A stretch of 64,000 nucleotides of DNA from the human T2T-CHM13v2.0 reference genome, Homo sapiens. The translations under genes were made by a program, and so were the position numbers. Numbering within the stretch: the first letter of the stretch is position 1; each line of letters opens with the position of its first letter. Where the stretch lies: NCBI RefSeq assembly GCF_009914755.1, contig NC_060938.1. One strand, written 5' to 3'. Of the stretch, positions 39,660-54,415 are shown piece by piece. Below the pieces are notes generated by a model. It was given only the letters and a program-made list of their open reading frames with translations. It was not told where the DNA came from and did no database searches.

Positions 39660-41160
39660 CCTCCTTGTAATTCTTTATAACACCTTCCAGACCTTGATCT
39701 CTCAACCACCGAACTGCTTTATTACTGCAGATTGCTGTTTATAACATTTTCTATTTATATAAACAGAATCCTATAGCATGTGTTCTTTTTTATCTGGCTA
39801 CTTTCATTCAGCACTGTTAGTTTGAAATTCATCCATATTATGTATCAATAGATCATTCCTTTTCATTGCTGGGTAGTAGTCTATGATATGGATTCAACAC
39901 ACTTTATCCATTCCTATGTTGATAGACATTTGGGTTATCTCATTTTTGGCTGTTACTAATCAAGCTGCTATGAACATTCATGTAAAAGTCTTTGTGTGGA
40001 TATATGCTTTCATTTCTCTTGGGTAAATAAATCAGACTGGGATGGCTGGGTCAAGTGGTAGGTGTGTTTTACCTGAAACTGCTAAACTTATTTCCAAGGT
40101 GGGACAACCACTGGTGGCTACATTTTATATTCCTGCCAGCAGTGTGCCTTCTAGCTGCTCTACATCCTTGCCAACAATTGGTAGTCAGTCTTTCAAATTT
40201 TAACCATTTTATTTTTACTTATTTAAATCTATTTTTTGAGACGGAGTTTTGCTCTTATTGCCCAGGTTGGAGTGCAATGGCATGATCTTGGCTCACTGCA
40301 ACCTCCGCTCCTGGGGTCAAGTGATTCTCCTCCCTCAGCCTCCCAAGTAGCTGGGATTACGGACATGCACCACCACACCCGGCTAATTTTGTATTTTTAG
40401 TAGAGACGGGGTTTCACCAGGTTGGTCAGGCTGGTCTTGAATTCCTGAGCTCAGGTGATCTACCCGCCTCGGCCTCACAAAGTGTTGAGATTACAGGCGT
40501 GAGCCAGCCTAATTTTAACCATTTAATAGGTGTGTAGTGCCATCTCATTTTGCTGTTAATTTCCATTTCTCTAGTGACTACTAATGTTGAGTATCTTTTC
40601 ATGTGCTTACTTGCCATCCTCTTATCTCTTTTGGCAGTGTTTGTTAAAATCTTTTGCCCATTTAAAAAGTTAAGTTGTTGAAGCTGGGCGCAGTGGCTCA
40701 CGCCTGTAATCCCAGCACTTTGGGAGGCTGAGGTGGATCACGAGGTCAGGAGATCGAGACCATCCTGGCTAACGTGGTGAAACCCAGTCTCTACTAAAAA
40801 TACAAAAAATTCGCTAGGTGTGGTGGCAGGCACCTGTAGTCCCAGTTACTCGGGAGGCTGAGGCAGGAGAATGGTGGGAACCCAAGAGGCGGAGCTTGCA
40901 GATCACATCACTGCGCTCCAGCCTGGGCGACGTAGCAAGACTCCGTCTCAAAAAAAAAAAGTTAGGTTGTTTATTCTTAAGCTATAAGGATTGTTTACAT
41001 ATTCTGGATGTGTTTTTCGAAGAGCAAAATTTTAAATTTTGATAAAGTACAACTTATTTTTTAAATTAATTCATGTTTTGTGTGTTGTATTTTAAAAATC
41101 CTTGCTTCCTGTGTGTATCCTACATTTGGAAAAAGGAAAAAGCTTTGCCAAAGCTAAGGT
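39660..41160 (-). mobile_element. Old L1M fragment interrupted by Alus
   Basis: GCTGCTATGAACATTCATGTA...CTAATGTTGAGTATCTTTTCATGTGCTTA. Confidence 0.75.
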
Positions 41161-41678
41161 CACTTAAAATTTTCAGTATGTGATTTTTATCAAATAAAAT
41201 CTTGGCATCATCCTTTTTAAGTCCCGTTGAAGCACAAGGTTTGAAATTTTTTTTGAAAAATATATGATAAAAAATTTGCTCCATGATTTAATAATACTGT
41301 GGTTCAAAATGAGAAACAGCAAATTAAATGCTAATTATAAATTTAATACCACGGTATACAATCAGATACCTAAGAGTTATTATTTTATTTATTATTTATT
41401 TTTGAGATGGAGTCTCACTCTGTTGCCTGACAGGACAGGTATGCGCCACCATACCCGGCTAATTTTTTGTATTTTTAGTAGAGATGGGGTTTCACCATGT
41501 TGGTCAGGCTGGTCTGGAATTCCTGACCTCAGGTGATCTGCCTGCCTCAGCCTCCCAAAGTGTTGGGATTACAGGTGTGAGCCACCGCGCTGGGCCCTAA
41601 TAATTATTTTTTAAGTATGCTTGTTACCAGAAGGGCTACCTTTGTATGAAAAGAAAGACATTTCAAATTCTTCATGTT

Positions 41679-41684
41679 TTTATT
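41679..41684 (-). terminator. NDUFB1: NDUFB1 polyadenylation signal AATAAA
   Basis: tttatt on the + strand, about 47 nt after the stop, followed by a U/GU-rich tract on the - strand. Confidence 0.85.
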
Positions 41685-41730
41685 TCTCTCAGAACTTTAA
41701 AATGTGAACATTCGATAATCTAGCCAGTCT

Positions 41731-41767
41731 TTACTTCCAGGTAACTTCTTCACTGGGTTGCAATTCC
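41731..41767 (-). CDS. NDUFB1: NDUFB1 exon 3 coding part (ELQPSEEVTWK*)
   Basis: acag|G acceptor, TAA at 41733-41731; total 58 aa. Confidence 0.99.
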
Positions 41768-41914
41768 CTGTGTGGAAAGCAAAAAAGGAAGAAATGGAAA
41801 AACTGTAAATAAAACTGTGATACGAGATAAAAGGGGAAGTCAGAAGAATGATTGCAATATTTCATTTTCTTTTTTTTTTTTTTTTTTTTTTTGAGACGAA
41901 GTCTGGCTTTGTAG

Positions 41915-42197
<283 letters not shown>

Positions 42198-42983
42198 TGA
42201 TCCATTTAAAAAATTTACATATTAGATTCATCATATGTATTCTTTTCATTCATGATTTTAACTTTTACCATATTGTTAGCTTCATTTTTCTGGGTTAAAG
42301 AATTGTAATTACTTAGTTTATCTTTATATGAAAGCTATTATCTCTGCTCAGTGAGTTCATTCGAAATGTTTTCTAAACCCTTTCCAGCTTATTTTCTTTC
42401 TTGAAATCCCTGATTTGTGAATCACTTCTACCATCTCTCCATACCCACTGTGGATGCTGCTCAGTTCTCTTGCCCCTCAGGCTTCCTCCTACCCAGCTGT
42501 ATGCCCACTGGCAGGCATCCTGTCTTGCTAACTGGAACTCTCTGCTGCCAGAGGAGCCATCTCTAGAGGCACAATGGGACCAGGCAGCTGCCAGTTGCTA
42601 TCACTCTACCACCAGGTCTAAAGCTCTCAGGTAGTGCTGCTAAGAACACAGCACCTAGCTGCTGTTATTACTATTTATCTCAGCTATAGCATGTCTTAAG
42701 TAAGATAATATATGACAATATATGTGGAAGCTGTATATAAGCTAGGTTTTGGCCAGCTACTTTTAAACTGTTTCTGTATTAAAATGCACTTTGAATTAAA
42801 AAAAGACGATACTTTCAAAGACCTGAAACAGCCTATTCATTAAATGAAGACTTTAAATTCTAGAGGTAATCATACTGTTTTATCCAAGGATTCAATAACA
42901 AACAAGACTAAAAACAGTATCATTTGAATCTAAGTCCTCAAGGGGGAAAAATTACCCCTTCTGTTTATTTTTGGCACATATCA

Positions 42984-43199
<216 letters not shown>

Positions 43200-43324
43200 T
43201 TATCAGAAATACAACTGCTTTTTTTGTTTTTTTTTTTGAAATAGCTTTTAAATTGCATCTGGGCCGGGTGCGGTGGTTCATGCCTGTAATCCTAGCACTT
43301 TGGGATGCTGAGGTGGGCAGATCA

Positions 43325-43657
<333 letters not shown>

Positions 43658-43857
43658 TTAAAATCTAATTGATGAAGATTACATACGGGACAATGATTAA
43701 TATAAAATTACACCGCACTGGGTCTATTTATTACATTTTACTACTAGCTTCAATAGTGATGTGATACGATACAGAGCAGAGAAACAGAGATGGTATGTAA
43801 AAAAATTCTACCTGCAACAGCTGATTGTTTGCACCCTCCTCATGTTGTTTTGGAACT

Positions 43858-44014
43858 TTTTTTTGTAAAAGAGACAAGGTCTTGCTATGTTGCCCAGGCT
43901 GGAGGGCAGTGGCTATTCACAGGCACTACAGCTCTCAACTCCCGGGCTCAAGCATTCCTCCTGCCTCAGCCTCCCAAGTAGCTGGGACTACAGGCATACA
44001 CCACTGCACCTGGC
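43858..44014 (-). mobile_element. FAM (7SL-derived fossil Alu monomer)
   Basis: Retains 7SL-type GCAGTGGCTATTCACAGG; monomer length. Confidence 0.7.
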
Positions 44015-44409
44015 TCTCATTTAGGACTTTTACTTGTGTAAAACATATTTAGAACCTCTCACAATGCAAAAACAAATTTAATACAATTTTGCCAGAAATG
44101 GAATTCTTTAGGTAAAGCTGTAATTACTGAAAACTAAATTTAGAAAGGAAATTAAAAGATATGAGAGAAAAAAGAAAACTATATTCAATAATGTCACTGT
44201 AGATATGAATATAAATTACTCTAAAAAAGGTAAAGGGGCCGGGTGTAGTGGCTCACGCCTGTAATCCCAGCACTTTGGGAGGCTGAGGCGGGTGGACGAC
44301 AACAAGGTCAGGAGTTCGAGACCAGCCTGGCCAACATGGTGAAACTCCATCTCTACTAAAAATACAAAAATTAGGTGGGCGTAGTGGCACATGCCTGTAG
44401 TCCCAGCTA

Positions 44410-44581
<172 letters not shown>

Positions 44582-45139
44582 CTACTAGGTGGCTCATGCC
44601 TGTAACCACAGCACTTTGGGAGACTAAGGCGGATGGATCGCTTGAGCCTAGGAGCTTGAGACTAGCCTGGTTAACATGGCAAAACCCTGTCTCTACAAAA
44701 AATCAAAAAATTAGCTGGGTGTGGTAGTATATGCCTGTAGTCCCAGCTACTTCGGAGGCTGAGGTGGGAGGATTGCTTGAGCCCGAGATGGAGGTTGCAA
44801 TGACCTGAGATCACACCACTGTACTCTAGCCTGGACGACAGAGCGTGATGCTGTCTCAAAAAAAAAAAAAAAAGACTACTAGGTTACTAGGTACCAGAGC
44901 CATCATCTATTTCTATACGTAATGTGAAATAACTATTATTTACATTTTACAGATAAGAAAACAGCTTAATCCAAATAGCTATTAAGTACAGAGCTGGAGT
45001 TCAAATTCAGCTTCACTCTACAGCTCTGGCTGCTATTATAGGCCATGCCTAAGAAACCCCTTCCTGAATTGATGTTTATGGTACTTAAAAGCTTTTAAAT
45101 GCTGAGTTTCCAGAAGGTAGATGAGGAGGAATAGAACTA

Positions 45140-45602
45140 TAGGTTTTTCCTTATCCGAAATGCTTGGGACCCGAAGTGTTTTCGATTTTTTGATTTTGAA
45201 ATATTTGCATGCACATAATGAGCTATCTTGGGGATAGGACCGAATTAAAACATAAAATTCATTTGTGCTTTATATATACCTTATACACATAGCCTGAAGG
45301 TAATCTTATATGAAACTTTTTTTTTTTTTAAAATAGTCTCGCTCTGTCACCTAGGATGGAGTGCAGTGGAGTTATAATAGTCCACTGCAGTCTTGAACTC
45401 CTGAGCTCAAGTGATCTTCCCACCTCAATCTTCTGAGAAGCTGGAGCTACAGGTGCTAATTTAAAAAAATTCTTTAAACATTTTTTTTTGTAGAGACAAG
45501 ATCTTGCTATGTTGCCCAGGCTGGTCTCAAACTTGTGGCCCCAAGTTTCACATATGGGGGCATTTTGGATTTCCAACATTCTGATCAGGGATACTGAACC
45601 TG
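45140..45602. mobile_element. Tigger4/MER46-type DNA transposon relic interrupted by an Alu fragment (about 45317-45545)
   Basis: CCTTATCCGAAATGCTTGGGACC...AGGGATACTGAACCTG with TA flanks. Confidence 0.75.
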
Positions 45603-45923
45603 TAATAGACATCATGTGGAAAATAAATTGCACTAATTCAATAAAAACATAGTTGGATTGCCAATTTTCTGTAAAAATTCGTGCATACAGATGAATTCAA
45701 AATACACCTGTGTGCGTTTGGACTAAACTAATAAATCATGTACAGTGACTAAGAAGACATATGACCACATCCTAGAAAGACAATACATTATTGCCAACAA
45801 AAGTGCTTAGCACTAAGCTGTGCTAGGACTATGTAGACTGAATTTCTGCCTCTCCTCTTACACTGGCATGCTTATACAATTCATACTTTTTTCTTTCCTT
45901 TTTTTTTTTTTTTTTTATTTTGA

Positions 45924-46425
<502 letters not shown>

Positions 46426-46789
46426 TGATCCGCCCGCCTAGGCCTCCCAAAGTGCTGGGATTACAGGCGTGAGCCACCGCGCCCGGCCGTTCAAGTGATT
46501 TTCTTGCCTCAGCCTTCCGAGTAGCTGGGACTATAGGCAGGTGCCACCACGCCCGGCTAATTTTTGTATTTTTAAGTAGAGATGGGGTTTCACTGTTGGC
46601 CGGGCTGGTCTCAAACTCCTGACCTCTTGATCCGGCCACCTCGGCCTTCCAAAGTGCTGGGATTACAGGCGTGAGCCACTAAGCCTGGCCATACTTTTGT
46701 CTTTTAAAAGGCAAGGTGGGCCAGGTGCAGTGGCTCACGCCTGTAATCCCAGCACTTTGGGATGCTGAGGCTGGTGGATCACGAGATCA

Positions 46790-47039
<250 letters not shown>

Positions 47040-47480
47040 TTAGGCGCAACGGTGTCGGCTCAAGAGGATTTGCGATTTGGAAAAGAGCGAGGTTAGCGAG
47101 AAGACAGAAGGCTGGAACTTGGACGAATGTAAGCTGCTCGCGGAGGGGAGGCAGCGTCTTCCCTGCTTCAGGCCAGGCGTGGGATCCGGGCCGGTCTTCT
47201 CTCCAGTCCGGTTAGCGGGCGGTCACTCGGTCACATCTCTACGGACGTTTTCCTGTTATGACAGCCTCAGAAAACCCTTTCCAAAAGCTCCGGCCCGGCA
47301 ATCCCATCCTCCACCCGAAGAAAACCCCATTTTCCTTTCCCGTCACCTTCGTTCGGAAGCCCCGGGGAAGCCCAGACCACCCCTCCACACATGCACAGCA
47401 CCGAGGGCTTGCCTAGAACCCTCCCCGCCACCGTCGCCGTGATCCTCGTCGCGGCGGCCCCCCGGGCTCCCCAAACCCAC

Positions 47481-47616
47481 CTGCAGCCTCAGCGCCGACA
47501 GCGACCCCGAGACCAAGGGCAACAGGGAACTCAACCCGCGCCAGTGGAAGCTGCGACCTCGGGACCTGCCATTCGCCGCGCCCGCACGGAGCAGAGGGGT
47601 GACGCCAGCAAATCAT
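47481..47616 (-). CDS. NDUFB1: NDUFB1 exon 1: 5'UTR of the 58-aa form; coding only for a long 105-aa form starting at ATG 47616
   Basis: Donor CAG|gtgggt at 47481/47480; 136 nt from the upstream ATG, in frame with exon 2. Confidence 0.7.
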
Positions 47617-47799
47617 ACTACTTTTTCCTCCTCAGGGTTGACTCCTCTCATTTTTTTTTTAGCTTCCAAACATTACCAATAATTTCTGAATAAAATTTCG
47701 CTCCAGACAAACGAGGCGTGCAGGCGTGACCGCCGTCGCCTTCCGACAGCACCGTGCCCACCCCCCGGAGATGGTCTCGCCCTGGTTCCTCCTCGTCTC

Positions 47800-47963
47800 C
47801 GCCGCTAGTCTCCAGCTCCAAAATGGCGGCTGCCACTGTGGGGCTTCTGCCGGCCGGTAGTCCCTGGCGCTGCTGACCCAGCATCGGCTTTTCTACGTCT
47901 TGAACCTGGATTCGCCTAGGGGTTGGGAAGGGCTGTGGACGGCGTTGGGGGAGGCCTGACGAG
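47800..47963 (+). other. CPSF2: CPSF2 exon 1 (5'UTR; start approximate) ending at a GC donor
   Basis: GAG|gcaagt at 47963/47964 is the consensus GC-AG donor. Confidence 0.75.
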
Positions 47964-48621
47964 GCAAGTGAGGGCGGGAGAAAGGAGCGAGCCTCGGGCT
48001 GGGGAAGGCGGCGTCATTGGCCCTCCGGGAGCACGGGGCCCCGACTCCGACCCGGTCTCCCCCGAGGACTCGCCCCCGCCGCTTCGGCTGCGACTGTCCC
48101 GGTCGTTCCCGGCAGAAGTGGTCAGCGAGGGAAAGAGAAGTGACTTCTCCATGGGTTTCAAGCTCCCAGCTGTTTTGCGGCAGCCCGTACGGTTCCCTCC
48201 CGGGATCTTCTTCCCTCCTTTCTGCTTCCCTCTGCTTCCCCTTTCATCTCTTGGCGCTGGAAGAGTTAAACCGACGCCAGCTTTAGCTCCTTGGCTTCGT
48301 GGCTACGGCGTTCTTAGCCTCCCCTGCTCGGGCTCTTCCCGTCGTTTTGGGTTGAGAGACCACGAGGTTGCTAAGCTCTGGACACCGCTTAGGCGTCCTT
48401 TTAGTTCATCGACTCCAGAGACCTTTCGGTTGTTTGTACCACACTGTACTAAAAGGGTCTTGGGCCTTCGCGCCCTCCCGCCATCGCCCTCCAGCGCTTC
48501 CACTATCACTGCGAAGTTCTAATTCTTTTTTGACTTCGTACTATTTTTACGTGCTCTTTAGAAAAGAAGAGGTCAGATTGAACCCCGGCAAGTCTGGCCT
48601 CCTGTGACCAGGCGAACCTGA

Positions 48622-48855
<234 letters not shown>

Positions 48856-48983
48856 TGACCGAGAAGAGCCTTCCCCACTCAGTGAGCTCCAGGGCTAACC
48901 CAAACTCCTCTGTTTTCCCTTGGATTTTGCTTAGTTCACCTTAGTTGTCATCAACATGCACGGTAATTATTTTTTATTTTTGA

Positions 48984-49136
<153 letters not shown>

Positions 49137-49253
49137 TAGCTTTAGTAGAGACAGGGTTTCACCTTGTTGGCCAGGATTATCCGCCTGCCTCGGCCTCCCA
49201 AAGTTCTGGGATTACAGGCGTGAGCCACCGCGCCTGGCCGATTTATTATTTGA

Positions 49254-49583
<330 letters not shown>

Positions 49584-50475
49584 TGAAGTAGTATCTGTCA
49601 AAACCAGTGCTCTGAAGGAATTTATGATATGATGAGGCTTCATTCCTTCTTGCAGTACCCATTTATGCTGCCTTGACCACTGACGTTGGTATTGGATATA
49701 CAAAGATGATCACTTTTACTCCTCTATACATTGAACATCCATTCAACAAATACTTTATGTGCCTCCTTTATAACAAAATAACTAACTTTGCCTAGGGCAA
49801 CAAAAAGGCTTTATAAAGGAGTAAATATGTGAGCTGGGTCATATAGCATCAAAAGGAATTTGCTGAGCTCAAAAGGAGAAGGTAATTTCGGGATTCAGTA
49901 CAGGAATACAGAGCTTTGAGAAGCTTTAGCATACTTAGGGAGAGTGGGATAATCAACCTGCCTGAGCATTTAGTGCACGAGTGATTGGTGAAGCAAGAGG
50001 TAGGTTAAGATCAGCTTGTGAAGGATCTTGGTTTCCAATAGGGAGTTTAGATTTTATTCAGTAGTTACCAGGAATCCAGTGGATATTTTGTGCAAGGAGT
50101 GAGCAGGAGGATATTTGTTTTTTTAGGATGGTCTCTGACAGCTATATGGAGGATCAACTGGGAACAGAAAAACTAGATGAAAGGAAATGGGCAATCATTC
50201 AGGTAAGGCAATGAGGGCCTCCATGGAGGCAGGACATAAAGGAGGTCAGAGAGACACTAAGTAAATGTCAAATGGGATTCACCTGCTGACTGCTAAGTTA
50301 ATGGTAAGAAGGTGACTTGAGTTTTTAGTCCGGGAGAGTAAATGGTTGGCAATACTATTAAAACTTAGTCTGAGACATGTACATAAACATAGGATGGTGC
50401 CAACCTGCACTTTAGGGGTGACAACATGATGCTCTATAGTGTAAAGCATTGGTTTTTATGGTCTGGAGTCTAGAT

Positions 50476-50761
50476 CTGCACTGTTATGGTAGTCACTAGC
50501 CACATGTAGCTATTGAGCACTTCAGATGTCGTTAGTCTATTTGAAATGTGCTGTAAATATAAAATACACAGTGGATTTTGAAGATTTAATATGAAAATGT
50601 AAAATATTCAACATGATTACATGTTGAAATAATATTTTGGTTCTATTGGGTTAAATAAAATTCATTAAAATTCACCCGTTTCTTTTTCACTTTTCCATGT
50701 GGCCATGAAGAAATTAAAAAGTACATTTGTGGCACGCATTATATGTCTGTTGACAGAGCTG
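50476..50761. mobile_element. hAT-Charlie MITE (MER33/MER3-like)
   Basis: GTAGTCACTAGCCACATGTAGCTATTGAGCACTT...GTGGCACGCATTATAT. Confidence 0.75.
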
Positions 50762-51957
50762 TTCTAGTCTAGACTAGATGTGGGAATTTGTAAGGAGGTG
50801 GAACATGAGCTGGGCCTGAAGACATTGAGCAGTGATGTCAGGGTGGCTTCCTGGCAACCTCCATTGCCAGTTAAGGCATTTGGTTTGTCTTTTCTCAAGC
50901 AGTAAGAAGCCTTCAGAGATTTCTGAGCAAGGGGTAATAGGTGCAGGGTATTTCTGAAGATGAATCTGGTAGCAATGTTTAGGTTGGATGAAGGGAGGAA
51001 ATACTGGAGGCAGAGAAACTGAGAAACCCAAACATAAGGTAGTGAGGCCCTTCCTGTATTAGGGTACTGGCAGTGGGATAGAAAGGGAATGATGTGCAAA
51101 GCGTTCCTGAGGGAAGAATAATCAGGAACTGGTAATAATAGACTGTCCCAGAAGTGAAGAATCAGCATGTAGCATTTCAAACCTTGGTTACTTAGATAAC
51201 AACTAATATATTCATGTCGCAGAGCTATAAAATACAATTTGAGACTGAAGAAATTTGGTCACAAGATAGAATCAGTAACGTTAGGAAGGGGTGGTCCACT
51301 AAATACTTTCGCTTTTTATCTCCCTGCTTTCTGTATCATCTCATCAATCATACACACCAGCTAATATCCCCAAAATACAGAATTACCTGTATCATGCCAT
51401 CTTTCTACTTGATAATGAGTCTTAAAATGTTTCTGTTGCCTGCAGGACTAGGTTCACAGTTTCCAAGGCGTTTCACTATCTGGCCCCTTTCTGTTCATTA
51501 GGCCTTATCTTTTATTTTTTGCTTTTGTGAATGTTTTCCAGGCTAGTTTTTTCACTGGTACTTTAAAACTTACTCAAAAGTGTAGAGATCTGAGATGTCT
51601 GGTATTCCTTTACTCCTGTTACTCCTCTGTTTTGAGTACCTTCTCTTTGTTTCTACCCATGTCTTACCAATCCTTAGTGAGTAATCTTAAATCCCACCTC
51701 TTCTATGATTCTCAATAACATAAGGTAATGTCAACTTAAAAAAAAACTTCCTAAATATTTTTATGTCTTTTATTATCTGTTATGTAAGCTTAAGATTCCT
51801 AAAATTAATGACAGATCTCTTTTTTAAAAAAGGACCACGTATTATACTACTTGCTGCTGCTCCTGATGCCTTAGGGCAAGATACAAATTAAACACCATAA
51901 TTATAAACAGAATGAAATCATAATACCACATTCATAAGGCTTTTATTTATTTTTTAG

Positions 51958-52016
51958 ATTAATAAAGAACTCTTCAGAATTCCTGGTGTTTCATCATATA
52001 TACGACTAAGATATCA
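51958..52016 (+). other. CPSF2: CPSF2 exon 2 (59-nt non-coding 5'UTR exon)
   Basis: Strong U-rich acceptor ttttatttattttttag| and donor TCA|gtaagt. Confidence 0.8.
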
Positions 52017-53875
52017 GTAAGTAGTGAATGTTTGATAAAGATATAGCTTTATTATGAATAATTGTAGTGAAAATATCTTTTCATCTGTTGAAATCTTGGT
52101 CTGTCTGCAAAACAGTTTTAATATGAACTTACTCAGTTCTAGCTGCAAGATACCTTGCATGTTACTTCATAATCTAAATGAAGAAAGTGGGAATTAAGGA
52201 AGACTTAAGTAGAAAAGAGTTTCCCTTAGGCCATTAATATAATTGTGGTGCAGTAAGCTTTTTGACAGGGATAATTTCCAAGGTCCTTTCCAAAATTGTA
52301 TTTATAAACGTTTTTCATCAAATAGAGAATTAATGTCTTTGTACCCCAAATAAGAACACATGAAGGCCAGGCGTGCTGTCTCACACCTGTAATTCCAGCA
52401 TTTGGGGAGGCCAAGGTGGGTGGATCACTTGAGCCCAGGAGTTAAAGACCAGCCTGGGCAACATAGTGAAACCCTGTCTCTACAAAAAATTAGCCGAGTG
52501 TGGTGGTGCGTGCCCGTAGTCCCAGCTACCCAGGAGGCTGAGGTGGGAGGATCACTTGAGCCCAGGAGGTTGAAGCTGCAAATGAGCCATGATTGCACCA
52601 CTGCACTCCAGCCTGGGTACCAGAGCAAGATCCTGTTTCAGGAAACAAAAACAAGTCAATATATTTTAAATTTTAACTTACCAACAGTTATTTATTGAAC
52701 AACCACTATGTGCAGGGATGTGCTAATGTACTAAGGATAAAAAAATGGATCAAGCCAACTCCTGTACTCAGAGAGCTCTCCCAAGCAAGGGCAAATACAT
52801 GTGGATGGGTTCTGGTTTATGGTGTGGTAAGGACAGTGAGCTTATTTAATACTAGCCATGCCCCATTCCTTCCTTTAAGAAACATTTATCGGCTACCACT
52901 GTATATTAGGCACTGTGGAGGCGCTGGAATGTAACTGTGATGAAAACAGAGAAGGTCTTTACCTTCATGGAGTCTGCATTCCAGTGTGGGCACAGGAGGG
53001 GAGAAGGTGACAGACAAAGCAAGTAAATAAATAAGTAGCAATTAGAGAGCACTAAGTATTTTGAGGGAAATAGAATGATGTTGTAATGGATGTGAAGAAG
53101 GACTTTAGGGTGGTCAGAGAATGACTACCTCTGAGAATGACTCAGAATAAATTAGAGACAGGGAAAATATATATAAAAGTTAGAGGTTTTGGTCACAGTG
53201 AAGAGAGAAGAAAATTTGAGAAATATAATGAGTTGTTATGAAAGTATATCACTGGAAGTGTTTTATAAAGGTCATTGATAAACCTCTATACAACTTAAGC
53301 CAATGGACATTTCTCTGGCTTCTCAGACTTAGTGCAAATGGGAGGTGAGGAAGTGGAGATATATCTGTGGACAAATATTCTGAGAACTTTTGCTGTGAAA
53401 GGGAAACCCAAAAATGATGTAGTGGTTGTTGGGGGTTGAAGGGTTAAGAGAGGGTTCTTATAAGTTGGGAAATTCTAGAGTATTTTTATAAGCTTGTGGG
53501 AATGGTACATCAGTGATACGTTGATGCAGGGGAAAGAGCGAATGACTGAAGATGTCAAGTCTTTCAGAAGGTGAATAAGAATGGGATCAACGGCACACAT
53601 AGAGGGATTGGCCTTGGATGGGAGCAGGACTATTCTATACAACAGGAGACCCAACAGTGTACATGCAGATAGGTTAATAGATGTAGTATCTGGAAAATGA
53701 GAAATTATTGTCTAATTTTATTTTCTGATTGAAGAATGAAATGAGATTATCAGCTGAGACTAGGGTGGAGGGAGGGATGGGTGATCTTTGAACAAAGAGG
53801 AGGAGGTGTGGAGTAGTAGTCTCAGAAATTGAAAGTCAACCTACTAAGAAAAGTCAGATTGAAGGGTAATACTTA

Positions 53876-54125
<250 letters not shown>

Positions 54126-54208
54126 CTATTGTGGCCAACATGGTGAAACTCCGTCTCTACCAAAAAGAATTAGCTGGGCGTGGTGGTGCATGCCTGTAGT
54201 CCCAGCTA

Positions 54209-54415
<207 letters not shown>

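Noticed and set aside
47923-48522. 199-aa ORF in CPSF2 exon 1/intron 1
   Set aside because: Non-ATG start, GC-rich low-complexity composition, crosses the splice donor, no recognisable domain
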